64,000 nt of DNA, taken from positions 47,673 to 111,672 of the forward strand of contig JAJFLZ010000037.1 in assembly GCA_021772435.1 (NCBI GenBank). The letters are read 5' to 3'. Made by a program: the position numbers and the translations under genes. Below the pieces are notes generated by a model that was not told the origin of the DNA, made no database searches, and saw only the letters and a list, made by a program, of their open reading frames with translations. Each line of letters starts with the position of its first letter. Within the stretch, counting starts at the first letter, position 1. Origin of the DNA: Chlamydiota bacterium (lineage in GTDB: Bacteria; Chlamydiota; Chlamydiia; Chlamydiales; JACKPQ01). This document shows positions 21,961 through 31,659 of this stretch, piece by piece.

Positions 21961-23430
21961 TACTTTGCAGGCGTCATAAAAAAGACCTAATCGTCGCGTA
22001 TCAGAATGCTGTGACCAGGATTTAAGAAGTGATTTCGGGTTTTTAAAGTCTAAATTGTCAAGCTCTTGAATAATATCGGCCCTTGAATAAATCACCATAT
22101 TAAATGGCTCTGCAATTTTTGCCGGTTCGATTTCGATGATGTGAATACGGTTACTCACACTGTTTGAATTTGGGGCAATCGAGATCGCTTGGTTATCTAA
22201 AAAAAATGCAAAAGCTTTTGTTTGCGATAGCGCATTAGTACAATCCTGTAAGTAGATTGGGTCTTTAATCAACATGCGATCGGTAGCTAAGACAATGTAT
22301 GCATTTTGGTTAGAAGTATCTTTTAACAGGCTCATTAGCATCGGTTTAAATTCACTTGATAATGCATCTTGCTCTCTGAAAATGACTTTTGGATACCGTT
22401 TTTTTAAGTCTTCATAAGCTTGCTTGTGAGCAGATGCTGTATCGTACATGACATGGATCTGATCAACTCCTCGAACATACCTGTAAACAGACTCAAGCGA
22501 TACTCCTAACTGAAAAGGTTGGTTCGTTGAGAATAAAATCATGTCTGCCTTAGTGTTTGCGCTGATAGGTATCTCTCCTGCTCTTGCAAGGTGACTTTGC
22601 GTATGGATGCTTTTTGTTAATTCATCTAGACGCAGTCCCATCTGCATACGTGTAGATGCGTTGTGCATCTTTAAACGATTTTGAATGTATAAAGTATCAG
22701 GAATATATCGAATGTGCCATTTTGCTAAATTAATCATCGGCATAAATAACTCATGTTCGTCCAAATTTTCATCAAAATTCATATTTTGCATCATGTGAAC
22801 GTAAAACGTACGCATGCCTGATTCCATCCAAGGCGTTCGATAGGGTTTACGGATGTGCGCTTTTATATTTTGAGGATTCAAAGGTTTTTTTCGATAAGAC
22901 GGATACTCTAAGCTCGCTGGATAGGTTAGCCAAACTTCGGGATCGGAATAGGCTTCGTTTATAGCCGTTAAGGCTCCCTGGTGCGCTAACCAATCAGACG
23001 GATTGAGTAAGACGGCTATTTCGTCGCTCTCGCAGTCTTTCAATACCTCTTTCAGTATTTTGCCGAAGGGCTGCTGCTGCTGATGTCTAATGATGGTGAT
23101 GTTTTTTCTGAAGGCATGCTTTTTAAATAGATATGTTTGAACTCCTTGAAACGACCCATCTTGAACATGGTTATCTACTAAAACTATGCGATAACGTTCA
23201 TAATCTTGCGATAAGATAGAACTTAGAGCTTTAATTGCAAAATCAGCGCGATCGTTTGCAACGATAACAAATACAAATCTATGATCAATTTGTTCTCGTA
23301 AAACGACTGGTGCTGGTGTAGATACATAACTTTCCCTTGCTGATTTTAATACGTGATATTCTTTAAATATAAACGCTGGTAAAACAAGCATTAGGAAAAA
23401 GAGCAAAACTTTACGCAAGTCGTATTTCAT
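21946..23430 (-). CDS. Two-domain GT2-like protein, N-terminal TM, degenerate DxD region
   Basis: Paralog of 27060..28712 across both domains; LNPSDW replaces LDGDDW. Confidence 0.75.
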   Translation of the reverse strand: MKYDLRKVLLFFLMLVLPAFIFKEYHVLKSARESYVSTPAPVVLREQIDHRFVFVIVANDRADFAIKALSSILSQDYERYRIVLVDNHVQDGSFQGVQTYLFKKHAFRKNITIIRHQQQQPFGKILKEVLKDCESDEIAVLLNPSDWLAHQGALTAINEAYSDPEVWLTYPASLEYPSYRKKPLNPQNIKAHIRKPYRTPWMESGMRTFYVHMMQNMNFDENLDEHELFMPMINLAKWHIRYIPDTLYIQNRLKMHNASTRMQMGLRLDELTKSIHTQSHLARAGEIPISANTKADMILFSTNQPFQLGVSLESVYRYVRGVDQIHVMYDTASAHKQAYEDLKKRYPKVIFREQDALSSEFKPMLMSLLKDTSNQNAYIVLATDRMLIKDPIYLQDCTNALSQTKAFAFFLDNQAISIAPNSNSVSNRIHIIEIEPAKIAEPFNMVIYSRADIIQELDNLDFKNPKSLLKSWSQHSDTRRLGLFYDACKVSMMH

Positions 23431-23440
23431 CTTAAATTTT

Positions 23441-24097
23441 TTATGACATAAGTTGCATCAATTTGCAAATACGTAAATTATCTTTTCCGTGCATTCTAAG
23501 ATATGCCAAAATATTTTTTTTTGACATTTTTGCGAATAATCCAATCTCTTTATCGGTAAGAAACAAGGCTTTATCAAAGGATCCCAGCTTGTCTATAACT
23601 TTCAGCAATTTTTTTCGATCATACAACAGTCGTATGCCCTGAGTGAATATAAACCCAATAGGTAATATAACTAGATATAGATGTATTATTGGCAGAAAGG
23701 AGCAAACCAAAAAAATCCATACAGCTATTTGATTACGGAAAAGCGGACCAAAAATTTTACGCCATCTTTTTGAAGACGTATAATAAGCCAAGAGCTCTTC
23801 AAATCTTGATTCATCAAATGCTAAACGCTGAGCATGCACTTTTTCATGATTAAAGACTTCTTGATTCCAAGTTTTTAGCTGTATTAGAGGCACGCGCGTG
23901 TCATTTTCATCTTCGTAAATCCATAATGCCCCAGCCTCCCAAAGCTTGAGACCTTTTTTTCCAATATATACAGGAAACCCATCAATATCTTGAATCGTAC
24001 GGTCTGGATATTTTTGCTTAAATTTGTCAAAAGCCTGTGAAAGAGTTGTTTGGCGTTTTTGAAATTGTTCTAGATTTTCGGTTGGACCAGGTATCAT
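23441..24097 (-). CDS. Hypothetical membrane protein with HExxH motif
   Basis: HEKVH followed by FEE; two C-terminal TM segments. Confidence 0.7.
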   Translation of the reverse strand: MIPGPTENLEQFQKRQTTLSQAFDKFKQKYPDRTIQDIDGFPVYIGKKGLKLWEAGALWIYEDENDTRVPLIQLKTWNQEVFNHEKVHAQRLAFDESRFEELLAYYTSSKRWRKIFGPLFRNQIAVWIFLVCSFLPIIHLYLVILPIGFIFTQGIRLLYDRKKLLKVIDKLGSFDKALFLTDKEIGLFAKMSKKNILAYLRMHGKDNLRICKLMQLMS

Positions 24098-24101
24098 TAG
24101 C

Positions 24102-24974
24102 CTAGATCCCTATAGTTTTTTGTTGATTCAACGTGTACGCTTTATATTTATCTATATCTTTTATTTTTAATCCTTTAATTGTTGATTCTACACCTATTTT
24201 TGACCACGCTTTTGGTTCTTTAAATCTTTCTTGCCACTGAATTTTTTTTCCAAGCAATAGGATATTCCAGGGCAGACAAGCAGCTTGCTGTTTCCATGAA
24301 TATGTTGATATTAAGTGAGTGAGCTCTTCAGTGCTTGGGTAGCAGCCATTGATTAATTTGTACCCATATAGGGATAACCCTGGCGCTAAAGGTTGAGCCT
24401 GTTTTGAGTTCTTGATTAATGCGTAATGATAAGAGACCATTAACGGGATGCTAATTTTACATGCCTTATCCCAAACTGGCCAAAAATTTTTGGGTTCCGA
24501 GCGTTTTAGTAAAATTAAAAAATGTCCCTCGTTGTGAGAAACAATTTGTGCATGATTTTTAAATAAAAAATCACTGAGTAGGTCATACAAATCAACGGGC
24601 ATTTCAATCATTAAGTGGTCGGTAAGTTGCAAAAGACTTTGGATCATTTTTTGCTTATAGAAGCAGCTGCCAAAAAAGTACGTGATATCAACATGTTCAT
24701 GAGCACTCATGGCATCAGATCTGTCTAAAGTCAAATCATCTAAGTAAATAATTCTGTTTGTCTGGCTTGTTTGAGCACTGCTTGTCATTTTTGTAATAAA
24801 AATAGATGCTGGAAAATGCGTGCATACCTCCTCGATCTGATCTTCATCTAAGCCTGATAGCCCTAAAACTGTTACAGGCCTTTTATAAGACTGAATCAGT
24901 TCAGTTAAAGCGCATACATCTGCTTGTAAAGTCCCTGCAACAAGTACAATGACGCTCAGCAAAATTGTTTTCAT
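24102..24974 (-). CDS. Secreted hypothetical protein, possibly a degenerate class I methyltransferase fold
   Basis: Signal peptide; RPVTVLGL and EHVDITYF weakly resemble SAM motif I and post-II. Confidence 0.5.
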   Translation of the reverse strand: MKTILLSVIVLVAGTLQADVCALTELIQSYKRPVTVLGLSGLDEDQIEEVCTHFPASIFITKMTSSAQTSQTNRIIYLDDLTLDRSDAMSAHEHVDITYFFGSCFYKQKMIQSLLQLTDHLMIEMPVDLYDLLSDFLFKNHAQIVSHNEGHFLILLKRSEPKNFWPVWDKACKISIPLMVSYHYALIKNSKQAQPLAPGLSLYGYKLINGCYPSTEELTHLISTYSWKQQAACLPWNILLLGKKIQWQERFKEPKAWSKIGVESTIKGLKIKDIDKYKAYTLNQQKTIGI

Positions 24975-26000
24975 TTATCTTTTTATTCTCACTACATTAA
25001 GAAATAATTTCCCTGTGACTAGGAGCTGAGCAAGAGCTAAACCCGAAAGGCACAGCAGGATTATCGTATACAAACTCCGGTTTTTTTTAATCAGTTTATT
25101 TATTTTATGGCTCAAATGCTGTTCAATAGTTGCTTTAGTACTCTCAACCGTGTGCATTTGGTAATGATGGCCGTATAGGCCTTTTTTTGCTCCAATGGTG
25201 GTAAAATATAGCGGAGGTAAAGCAACCGATTGAGCCGTGATATTCTGAAAATCCATAACGGCTTCTGAAAAAGGCAATAAAGAACGGTATTTCAGTCGAT
25301 AAAAATCTGGTTCTTTTCCTTGGCCCTGAAATAGTTGGGTATAAGTCATCCAGTTTTTTTTCAATCTTCGAATGGTATTATCAATAATGGGATGCTGAGA
25401 AGTGCTGCCGATGACGTGCTTACCTGCATTTATGCAACTGCTTAAGCAGGACGTGGGGCAAAAATCAATCGGGCAAAAAAAATCGCATTTGGATATGAGC
25501 GGATCGATTGCCTGAAAACACTCTACATCACAATCGACATAGGCCCCGCCAAATTGTTTTAACAATACATATGAAGCAATGGTTGCTCGTTCACTGTAAT
25601 TGAGCGTTTGTAAAAAGCAACTTTCTAAATCCAGGCATTGCTGACTCTGAAAAAAACGATGTTCAAGTTTAGGGTGAAAAGACTCGATGGGACGATCGGT
25701 CCATAAATAAATTTGCCAATCTGGGTGCTTATCTATCCATGAAAGAATGTTCTCTTGATATAGTTTAGGAGGCTGATATGGTCCAAGCCAAATAAAATGC
25801 AGTTTTTTTGGAATAAGATTGAGCTCGTTTTCATCCTTTAATTGGTTGAATAAGTGCTCGAAATTGTGATAGTTATCAAAATCTTCTTGTGTTAGATTTT
25901 TTACGAGCAGAGGATGCTTGTCACCGAATCCACCTTGGAAATCTATCCCAATTGCCAGCGAATGAATTAGAAATACGAGCAGTGCTAGCAGCTTAATCAT
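24975..26000 (-). CDS. GT32 glycosyltransferase, B-type (signal peptide + C-terminal TM)
   Basis: IPKKLHFIWLG, GGAYVDCD, HPII; SDxxR motif replaced by ATIAS. Confidence 0.85.
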   Translation of the reverse strand: MIKLLALLVFLIHSLAIGIDFQGGFGDKHPLLVKNLTQEDFDNYHNFEHLFNQLKDENELNLIPKKLHFIWLGPYQPPKLYQENILSWIDKHPDWQIYLWTDRPIESFHPKLEHRFFQSQQCLDLESCFLQTLNYSERATIASYVLLKQFGGAYVDCDVECFQAIDPLISKCDFFCPIDFCPTSCLSSCINAGKHVIGSTSQHPIIDNTIRRLKKNWMTYTQLFQGQGKEPDFYRLKYRSLLPFSEAVMDFQNITAQSVALPPLYFTTIGAKKGLYGHHYQMHTVESTKATIEQHLSHKINKLIKKNRSLYTIILLCLSGLALAQLLVTGKLFLNVVRIKR

Positions 26001-27100
26001 ATGCGGTTTCTCTTTTTGCTGATCAACAGGAGTTGTATTAAAAATAAAACAGCAATAACTATCAAAAGTAATTTAAATTTTTGAAAAAAAACGCCGCATT
26101 TAATGTTTGCGTATTTCAATGTATACATGTCTTTATTCATGACTTTTTCTTTATTATTAAAGGCCCAGGTCGTCGCGAATAAATGTATGGCGTATCCACC
26201 TGGCATGGAATCTTTACTGTAAAAGTAAAAAGCTGGAAAAGCGATATTTATACCAGGCGCTGATTGAATTTTGGATAATATTGCGTAGGTCAATGGCATA
26301 TAGCTGCGTTGCATGACAAGATCATACTGTTCAATACGATCGCGGGTAAAAGCCATAGGATGATGATTCCAAACGTTCTCAATTTCACTAAATACTTCTT
26401 GGATAATGCCGTGGTTTGGAATGGCTCCTATAAAAGCATTACTCGGAGTAATCGTATAGCCTTGAACTAAATGGTGTGGGAGTTCTAGCCCTACAATAAA
26501 ATCATAGTTTTTTGCGAGATCATCAATAGTCGCTGCACATTCAACGTCATGGTCAATATAAAACCCTCCTTCTTTGGCTAGAATTTCATAACGTAAATAA
26601 TCAGATCTTTCTGCCCAATTCAACGTGCCGTCATAATAGTGTTTTAATTTTGTCCACGAAAAATCATCCACATACCGCACTTCCATTTTCTTGCATGGAA
26701 TCTGGCGTTTCCGATCCGTCCAAAATATCACTTTCCAGTCGGGATGGTGTGCTATCCAACTACGCACATGCTGAACGGATGTGGCGGGAAAATTCCTTGG
26801 TCCAAGCCAAATGAAGTGCATCACCTTCGGAATCTTATAGGCATCTTGATTACTGAACTGCAATTCGTTAAATTTGTAGTAGATAGGCTCTAGTAAATCC
26901 AGCAATTGCTGATCTTTAAGGGTAATATCCTTTTTCCAATACTTAGTATTTACCCCTTCCAAATCCAAAAAGGAATCATGTAAACTGTAATATTTATTTT
27001 TAGTCTTGCGCTCAGAGCTCTTGCACCCTGTAAGGCAGCAAATAACTAGCAATAGAAGCTTAAATCGATTGCTGCTTAAATTCTGGGAGAACGTTAACAT
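25997..27100 (-). CDS. GT32 glycosyltransferase, A-type (lipoprotein-like signal + C-terminal TM)
   Basis: LTGC lipobox; IPKVMHFIWLG, SDYLRYEILAKEGGFYIDHD, HLFATTW; start at 27100 or 27133. Confidence 0.88.
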   Translation of the reverse strand: MLTFSQNLSSNRFKLLLLVICCLTGCKSSERKTKNKYYSLHDSFLDLEGVNTKYWKKDITLKDQQLLDLLEPIYYKFNELQFSNQDAYKIPKVMHFIWLGPRNFPATSVQHVRSWIAHHPDWKVIFWTDRKRQIPCKKMEVRYVDDFSWTKLKHYYDGTLNWAERSDYLRYEILAKEGGFYIDHDVECAATIDDLAKNYDFIVGLELPHHLVQGYTITPSNAFIGAIPNHGIIQEVFSEIENVWNHHPMAFTRDRIEQYDLVMQRSYMPLTYAILSKIQSAPGINIAFPAFYFYSKDSMPGGYAIHLFATTWAFNNKEKVMNKDMYTLKYANIKCGVFFQKFKLLLIVIAVLFLIQLLLISKKRNRI

Positions 27101-28712
27101 GCGGAGAATTGTTGACCATGTGCTGTATAACATCGATGTCCATTCTATACCCTTTGATGAATTTCGTTAAGAGGTCTTTTACAGAGTAAATTCCAAAATT
27201 TTTATTTTTAAAAGTTGTCACAACATTCATCGGGATATTGATTGTTTTCGATAGCTCATAGCAAAGCCCAATTTTTGATTTATCGGCACGTTTAGACCAT
27301 TTACCTTCCATATAACTTGGATTCGTAAAAGAGACTTGTTCTATTGCATTTTTAATATCACTCTTGCGGTAAACAGTCATATCAAGTGTATTAGGGTAGC
27401 CCCATTCAGCGCCACCGCGTGAAAATTGCCATGCGTAAACACCAGGCTCGACAGCCATCATTTTGGGAGGAGGGTCTTTTTTCCCTGCCATGTAGCTACG
27501 GTTGATATTTTTTCCCATCCTTAAATAAAAGCCATAAGCTAGCGTTTGATTCATCAGACGAGTTGTCTGCGCAAAATCTATGCTGTCTTTAATTATAATA
27601 TCATCGACTGCAAAAGCCACAAATTTGGCTTTGCTGTTAAATATAGCATCTCGTGTAAGCTTTTGGAAATCTCCCGGTGGACACAGCTGTTTTTTCCAGT
27701 TCACTTTTGGAAAAGCTTGCGTGACTTGAGCATAGCCTTCTTCATATTCTGGACTTGACGCGCGATAAATAGCTGTGATCTGATTACAATTGGTCGCGTT
27801 TTTGTATAATGACTCAATATAGGCATAGAGCTGCATGGGCCTGTTGTATGAAAAAACGACAATATCAACTTGATTGTTTTCGTTATCTAACGGAAGAGTT
27901 GGGTCAACTGTAAGCGGTAAGTAAGGTTTGAGCTTTCTTGTATATCGGTCAATAGTCCCTTGCATTTCTCGACTCGCTCGGTGATCGCTAATGGGGTTAA
28001 TGCAATTATATACATACAATTTTTCCTTCATGTAGCGAATGTGTCCTTCAGCCATTTCTAGCATGGGAAACATCATGGCCAGATCGTATGTTGTAGGTAC
28101 AAAGTCACCTTCATAAGTTAAATCTTGCAATTTGATCCGTTTAAACAATCCTGCATAAAACGAGCGCAAATGTGAGACAACATAAGGATAATTACGAATA
28201 CCTCGTTTCTTGATAACATCAGGGCCCATTGGCCGTGAGATTCCTCCTTTGCCATCTGGATGTCTTGTATGATTACTATAGGCAAGCCAAACGTTTGGGT
28301 CTTGATAATAGGAATTTACAACCTCTAACACATTATCATGAGGAAGCCAGTCATCCCCATCTAATGTAATAACAATTTCTTCATTGCGACACGAGTGAAT
28401 TGCGTGCCATAAGTTCGCCATCGCTTTAAGTCTTCTTTCATTACGTACGAGTTTAACTTTATGGCCATTGGAATGTCCTTTGATATATTCTTCGACAGCA
28501 TCACCCGTTCCATCAGGTGAGAAATCGTCGGTATAAATAATACGGTAATTGGGATAATTTTGATTAAGGACTGACTCTAGATTTTTTTCGTAAAACTTAC
28601 GGTTATTGTAAGAGCAGATGACTACAGCTATGGGTTTTTTTGCTTCTATTCCCATCACTGCAAAGCAGTTGACAAAACAAAGTAACATTAGTAATTTTCT
28701 CAAACATCTCAT
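27060..28712 (-). CDS. Secreted two-domain GT2 glycosyltransferase
   Basis: VICSYN, YTDDFSPDGT, LDGDDW; second domain FSYNRPMQL...FAVDD; signal peptide; GGAGG SD. Confidence 0.88.
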   Translation of the reverse strand: MRCLRKLLMLLCFVNCFAVMGIEAKKPIAVVICSYNNRKFYEKNLESVLNQNYPNYRIIYTDDFSPDGTGDAVEEYIKGHSNGHKVKLVRNERRLKAMANLWHAIHSCRNEEIVITLDGDDWLPHDNVLEVVNSYYQDPNVWLAYSNHTRHPDGKGGISRPMGPDVIKKRGIRNYPYVVSHLRSFYAGLFKRIKLQDLTYEGDFVPTTYDLAMMFPMLEMAEGHIRYMKEKLYVYNCINPISDHRASREMQGTIDRYTRKLKPYLPLTVDPTLPLDNENNQVDIVVFSYNRPMQLYAYIESLYKNATNCNQITAIYRASSPEYEEGYAQVTQAFPKVNWKKQLCPPGDFQKLTRDAIFNSKAKFVAFAVDDIIIKDSIDFAQTTRLMNQTLAYGFYLRMGKNINRSYMAGKKDPPPKMMAVEPGVYAWQFSRGGAEWGYPNTLDMTVYRKSDIKNAIEQVSFTNPSYMEGKWSKRADKSKIGLCYELSKTINIPMNVVTTFKNKNFGIYSVKDLLTKFIKGYRMDIDVIQHMVNNSPHVNVLPEFKQQSI

Positions 28713-28757
28713 ACCAACAACCTCCAAAAATTAGAGGCCAGGATGGCTCAGATATTT

Positions 28758-29138
28758 TTATTTTGCAACTTTTTTCACACAAAATACTCCTAGAAAGCAA
28801 AGAACGAAACAACTTAAGCCGCAAATATAAAGGACCGTTCTGCGGTGTTTTTTCTGCTGCGCGAAGAAGTTGGAAAGCTTTTGACCCAGAATGTTGTCAT
28901 ATGTTGCTTTTTGAGACACCCATGACTTGAGTTCTAGATGCGTCCCAAGTATTCCTTCGCTTGAAAAATAGGCAGCTGGTAAAATTAGGTCGTATTTTCC
29001 AGCTTTTGCTATACAGGCTTTGGTAAGCGAAGAATAAGTGTGATAAGCCGATCGATAGCTCTCTGATTCTAGATCTTTTTCCTTAAAGTTTTCATTTCTA
29101 TCAATAAGCTCATCGATTGCAGAATTGCAAATAACAAC
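28758..29138 (-). pseudogene. Truncated, internally deleted GT32 B-type paralog
   Basis: Manual translation VICNSAIDELIDR/NENF..YRSAYHTY..DLILPAAYFS..HLELKSW..TM* matches the C-terminus of 29259..30281; no start codon, in-frame TAG just upstream. Confidence 0.85.
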
Positions 29139-29191
29139 GGAAAATTTGCACGAGAGCCGACGCCCCTAAAAACTGTTTTTTGAATTTACTT

Positions 29192-29259
29192 ACCTGAACT
29201 CTTTCGTTTATATCATTCATCTTCAGGCATCTTAGCAATCAAAACGAAAGAGTTCAGGT
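29192..29259. mobile_element. MITE-like inverted-repeat element, copy 1
   Basis: Perfect 18-bp inverted repeats ACCTGAACTCTTTCGTTT; flanking TACTT direct repeat; loop shared with 57278..57359. Confidence 0.75.
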
Positions 29260-30281
29260 TACTTGGGTATGCCTGTGCTTTTTTTCATGAATACAACCAC
29301 TCCTAATGCGCACAAAATGAGACAAGAAAATCCACCAGTGTAAAGGAGTGCTTGATGGGTTTTTTTCTGATGTTTTAGAAAACTTAATATCTTGCTTTCA
29401 ATGACCTCCTCTAAAGCCTCGTCCTTAAAGGTCCAAGATTTTAATTCTAAATGCCTCCCGAAAGTCCCTGTTTTAGAAAAATATCCTGAGGGCAAAATCA
29501 AATCGAGATTACAAGCTTTGGTGAGGCAGGCCTCTGTGAATGGAATATACGTATGGTAAGCTGAGCGATAGACATATGATTCCTGATCATCGCCATTAAA
29601 ACTATCTTCAACCTCGCCCCAACCTTTAAGCATTGTCTTCCACGTTTGATCAATAATAGGATGATGCGGCTTCGAGCCAATAAAAAAAGGCATTGCTTGG
29701 ACAGAGCTGCTTAAAATGGGCTGTTCTTGAATTGATATAGATGTGACAAAATTGACCTTTGAAATGAGTTCATTAATCGAGGTTTTACATTGCACATCAC
29801 CATCGAGGTATACACCTCCAAATTCTCTGAGGGCAAGCATCCTTACAATAAGACTTTGATCCGCTCTGTTGTCTATTTTAGTAAAAAAAGAAGGCATCAT
29901 TTTTGCTAAAGTTTGGATAGATTTTCTCTGCAACCGTTTATCTGGTGAAGGGTGAGGGAAATCTACCCACAAATAGGCCTTCCAGTCACTGTGTTGCTTG
30001 ATCCATGAACGTATGCAGTGGCACATTTCTTTGGGCAACGAACGCTCTCCAAGCCAAATAAAATGGAAAATTTTCGGAATTGTATCAACGGTTTTGCTGT
30101 TATCCAGGTATTTGATATTAGTCTCATAGTTTTTTTTAAACACATCATAATGCGCATAATCTTCTTTCGTCTCGATCATATTTGAATTTTCACATAGCTG
30201 ATCAAAGCTTAAGTTGCTTGAAGATGGATAGATAAGCGCCATGGGCAGCATGAAAAACAATAATAATTTAACGATTTGCAT
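29259..30281 (-). CDS. GT32 glycosyltransferase, B-type (signal peptide + C-terminal TM)
   Basis: IPKIFHFIWLG, GGVYLDGD, HHPII; SLIVR replaces SDxxR. Confidence 0.85.
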   Translation of the reverse strand: MQIVKLLLFFMLPMALIYPSSSNLSFDQLCENSNMIETKEDYAHYDVFKKNYETNIKYLDNSKTVDTIPKIFHFIWLGERSLPKEMCHCIRSWIKQHSDWKAYLWVDFPHPSPDKRLQRKSIQTLAKMMPSFFTKIDNRADQSLIVRMLALREFGGVYLDGDVQCKTSINELISKVNFVTSISIQEQPILSSSVQAMPFFIGSKPHHPIIDQTWKTMLKGWGEVEDSFNGDDQESYVYRSAYHTYIPFTEACLTKACNLDLILPSGYFSKTGTFGRHLELKSWTFKDEALEEVIESKILSFLKHQKKTHQALLYTGGFSCLILCALGVVVFMKKSTGIPK

Positions 30282-31338
30282 ATTTTCTCTTCAGTATAAA
30301 AATAATTCCAACCACAAGAATTAATTGAATTCCTGCAAAGACATTGCATAACAAATTCGCATCCATATTCCGCTTACTTTGTTTAGTGATTTCATTGATT
30401 AATCTTTGCTGAGCTCGGCAGGTATCTTTCGCTTTCCAAGCCGTTGCATAAAAATGGTGCGAATAGAATGACGGCAAATATTTACAGGCGAAAAAATAAC
30501 TTGCTGGAAACACAATGTCTTTATTTCCTTCTGTATTGAGATAATCCATGATAGATCGTGTTAATGCGATATAACTCCTCTCCATGACAAGAGTTGGCTC
30601 ATGCGATATCGTCTTTAGCCGTCCTGAACTTTCTACTTCTTGCCAATTTTTTTCAACGTAGTCTAAACAACCCTTTAAAATAGGGTGTTTTGCCTTTGTT
30701 CCAATCAGTCCATTGCCCACAGTGACAGCCATGTCAATAACCGGAGGGTGAGGGCTTTCCGTACACCCATAAAAGTCATAGGCGCAGTTGAGCTTATCAA
30801 ATACTTGCAAAGCATTCGCATCGTGATCAATATACACGCCACCTTCTCTATATAGAATTTCGTAGCGCAGATAGTCAGCCTTTTCTCCCCAATTTGTCGC
30901 TTGATGATAGTATTTTTTTAGTCTTGAAAAATCTGCATCTTGAACAAGACGCACTTTAAAACCTGCACAAGGAGGCAAGCGCTTTCGATCCGTCCAAAAT
31001 TTGAATTCCCAATCGGGATGTTTTGCTACCCATGTCCGCATATTTTCAACCGATGCCTGGGGAAATGGTCTTGGGCCAAGCCAGATACAATGGACCACTT
31101 TGGGAATTTTATAGTTCCCTTCTTGTGCGTATTGAGCTGCATGGTTCTTTTGGTAAACGGCTTTTAAAGCATTTAAAATCTGATGATCTTTATCGGAGCT
31201 AACATACTTCCAGTAAGGCGTATTTTTTCCAACAAGCTCGTTAAATTCTGAGTCTAGGGTCAGTTTCAGAGTGCTGTCTTTATTTTTGACACATCCTGAA
31301 AGCCCAAAGATCAACGCTAATAGGGCTATAAGGTACAT
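30268..31338 (-). CDS. GT32 glycosyltransferase, A-type (lipoprotein + C-terminal TM)
   Basis: MYLIALLALIFGLSGC lipobox; ADYLRYEILYREGGVYIDHD; HFYATAW. Confidence 0.88.
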   Translation of the reverse strand: MYLIALLALIFGLSGCVKNKDSTLKLTLDSEFNELVGKNTPYWKYVSSDKDHQILNALKAVYQKNHAAQYAQEGNYKIPKVVHCIWLGPRPFPQASVENMRTWVAKHPDWEFKFWTDRKRLPPCAGFKVRLVQDADFSRLKKYYHQATNWGEKADYLRYEILYREGGVYIDHDANALQVFDKLNCAYDFYGCTESPHPPVIDMAVTVGNGLIGTKAKHPILKGCLDYVEKNWQEVESSGRLKTISHEPTLVMERSYIALTRSIMDYLNTEGNKDIVFPASYFFACKYLPSFYSHHFYATAWKAKDTCRAQQRLINEITKQSKRNMDANLLCNVFAGIQLILVVGIIFILKRKYANR

Positions 31339-31659
31339 TGGCACGAATTTCAGAGCTGATTTGTTTTTGCAGTTCAACATCTCGATATTGATCGTTAATG
31401 GGGTTGCTTTGGTTTTAAATATAAAGCATCTGAGGAATAAATAGCACATGTCCTTTTACCATCTCTATCATAGGAAGCATAGAAGCTAAATCGCTGCACA
31501 TTGGAACAAATTGCCCCTATATTTTTTTCACATAATTTTTCGTTGGTATCGGATAAAACAACCGCAGTAATTGGCCTGTATTCAGATATTGGTTGAATCG
31601 CTCACTGAAAAATACCTACTTTAGAGGGTTTGCTACATCCAAAGCAGATGAGCAATAAA

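Noticed and set aside
28603-28824. 73-aa ORF from the track
   Set aside because: It overlaps the GT2 start and the pseudogene tail in other frames and has no motif
29772-29790. Partial match ending GGTTTTACAT (also CGGTTTTACA near 53548)
   Set aside because: Only a half-site matches, which is expected by chance in AT-rich DNA
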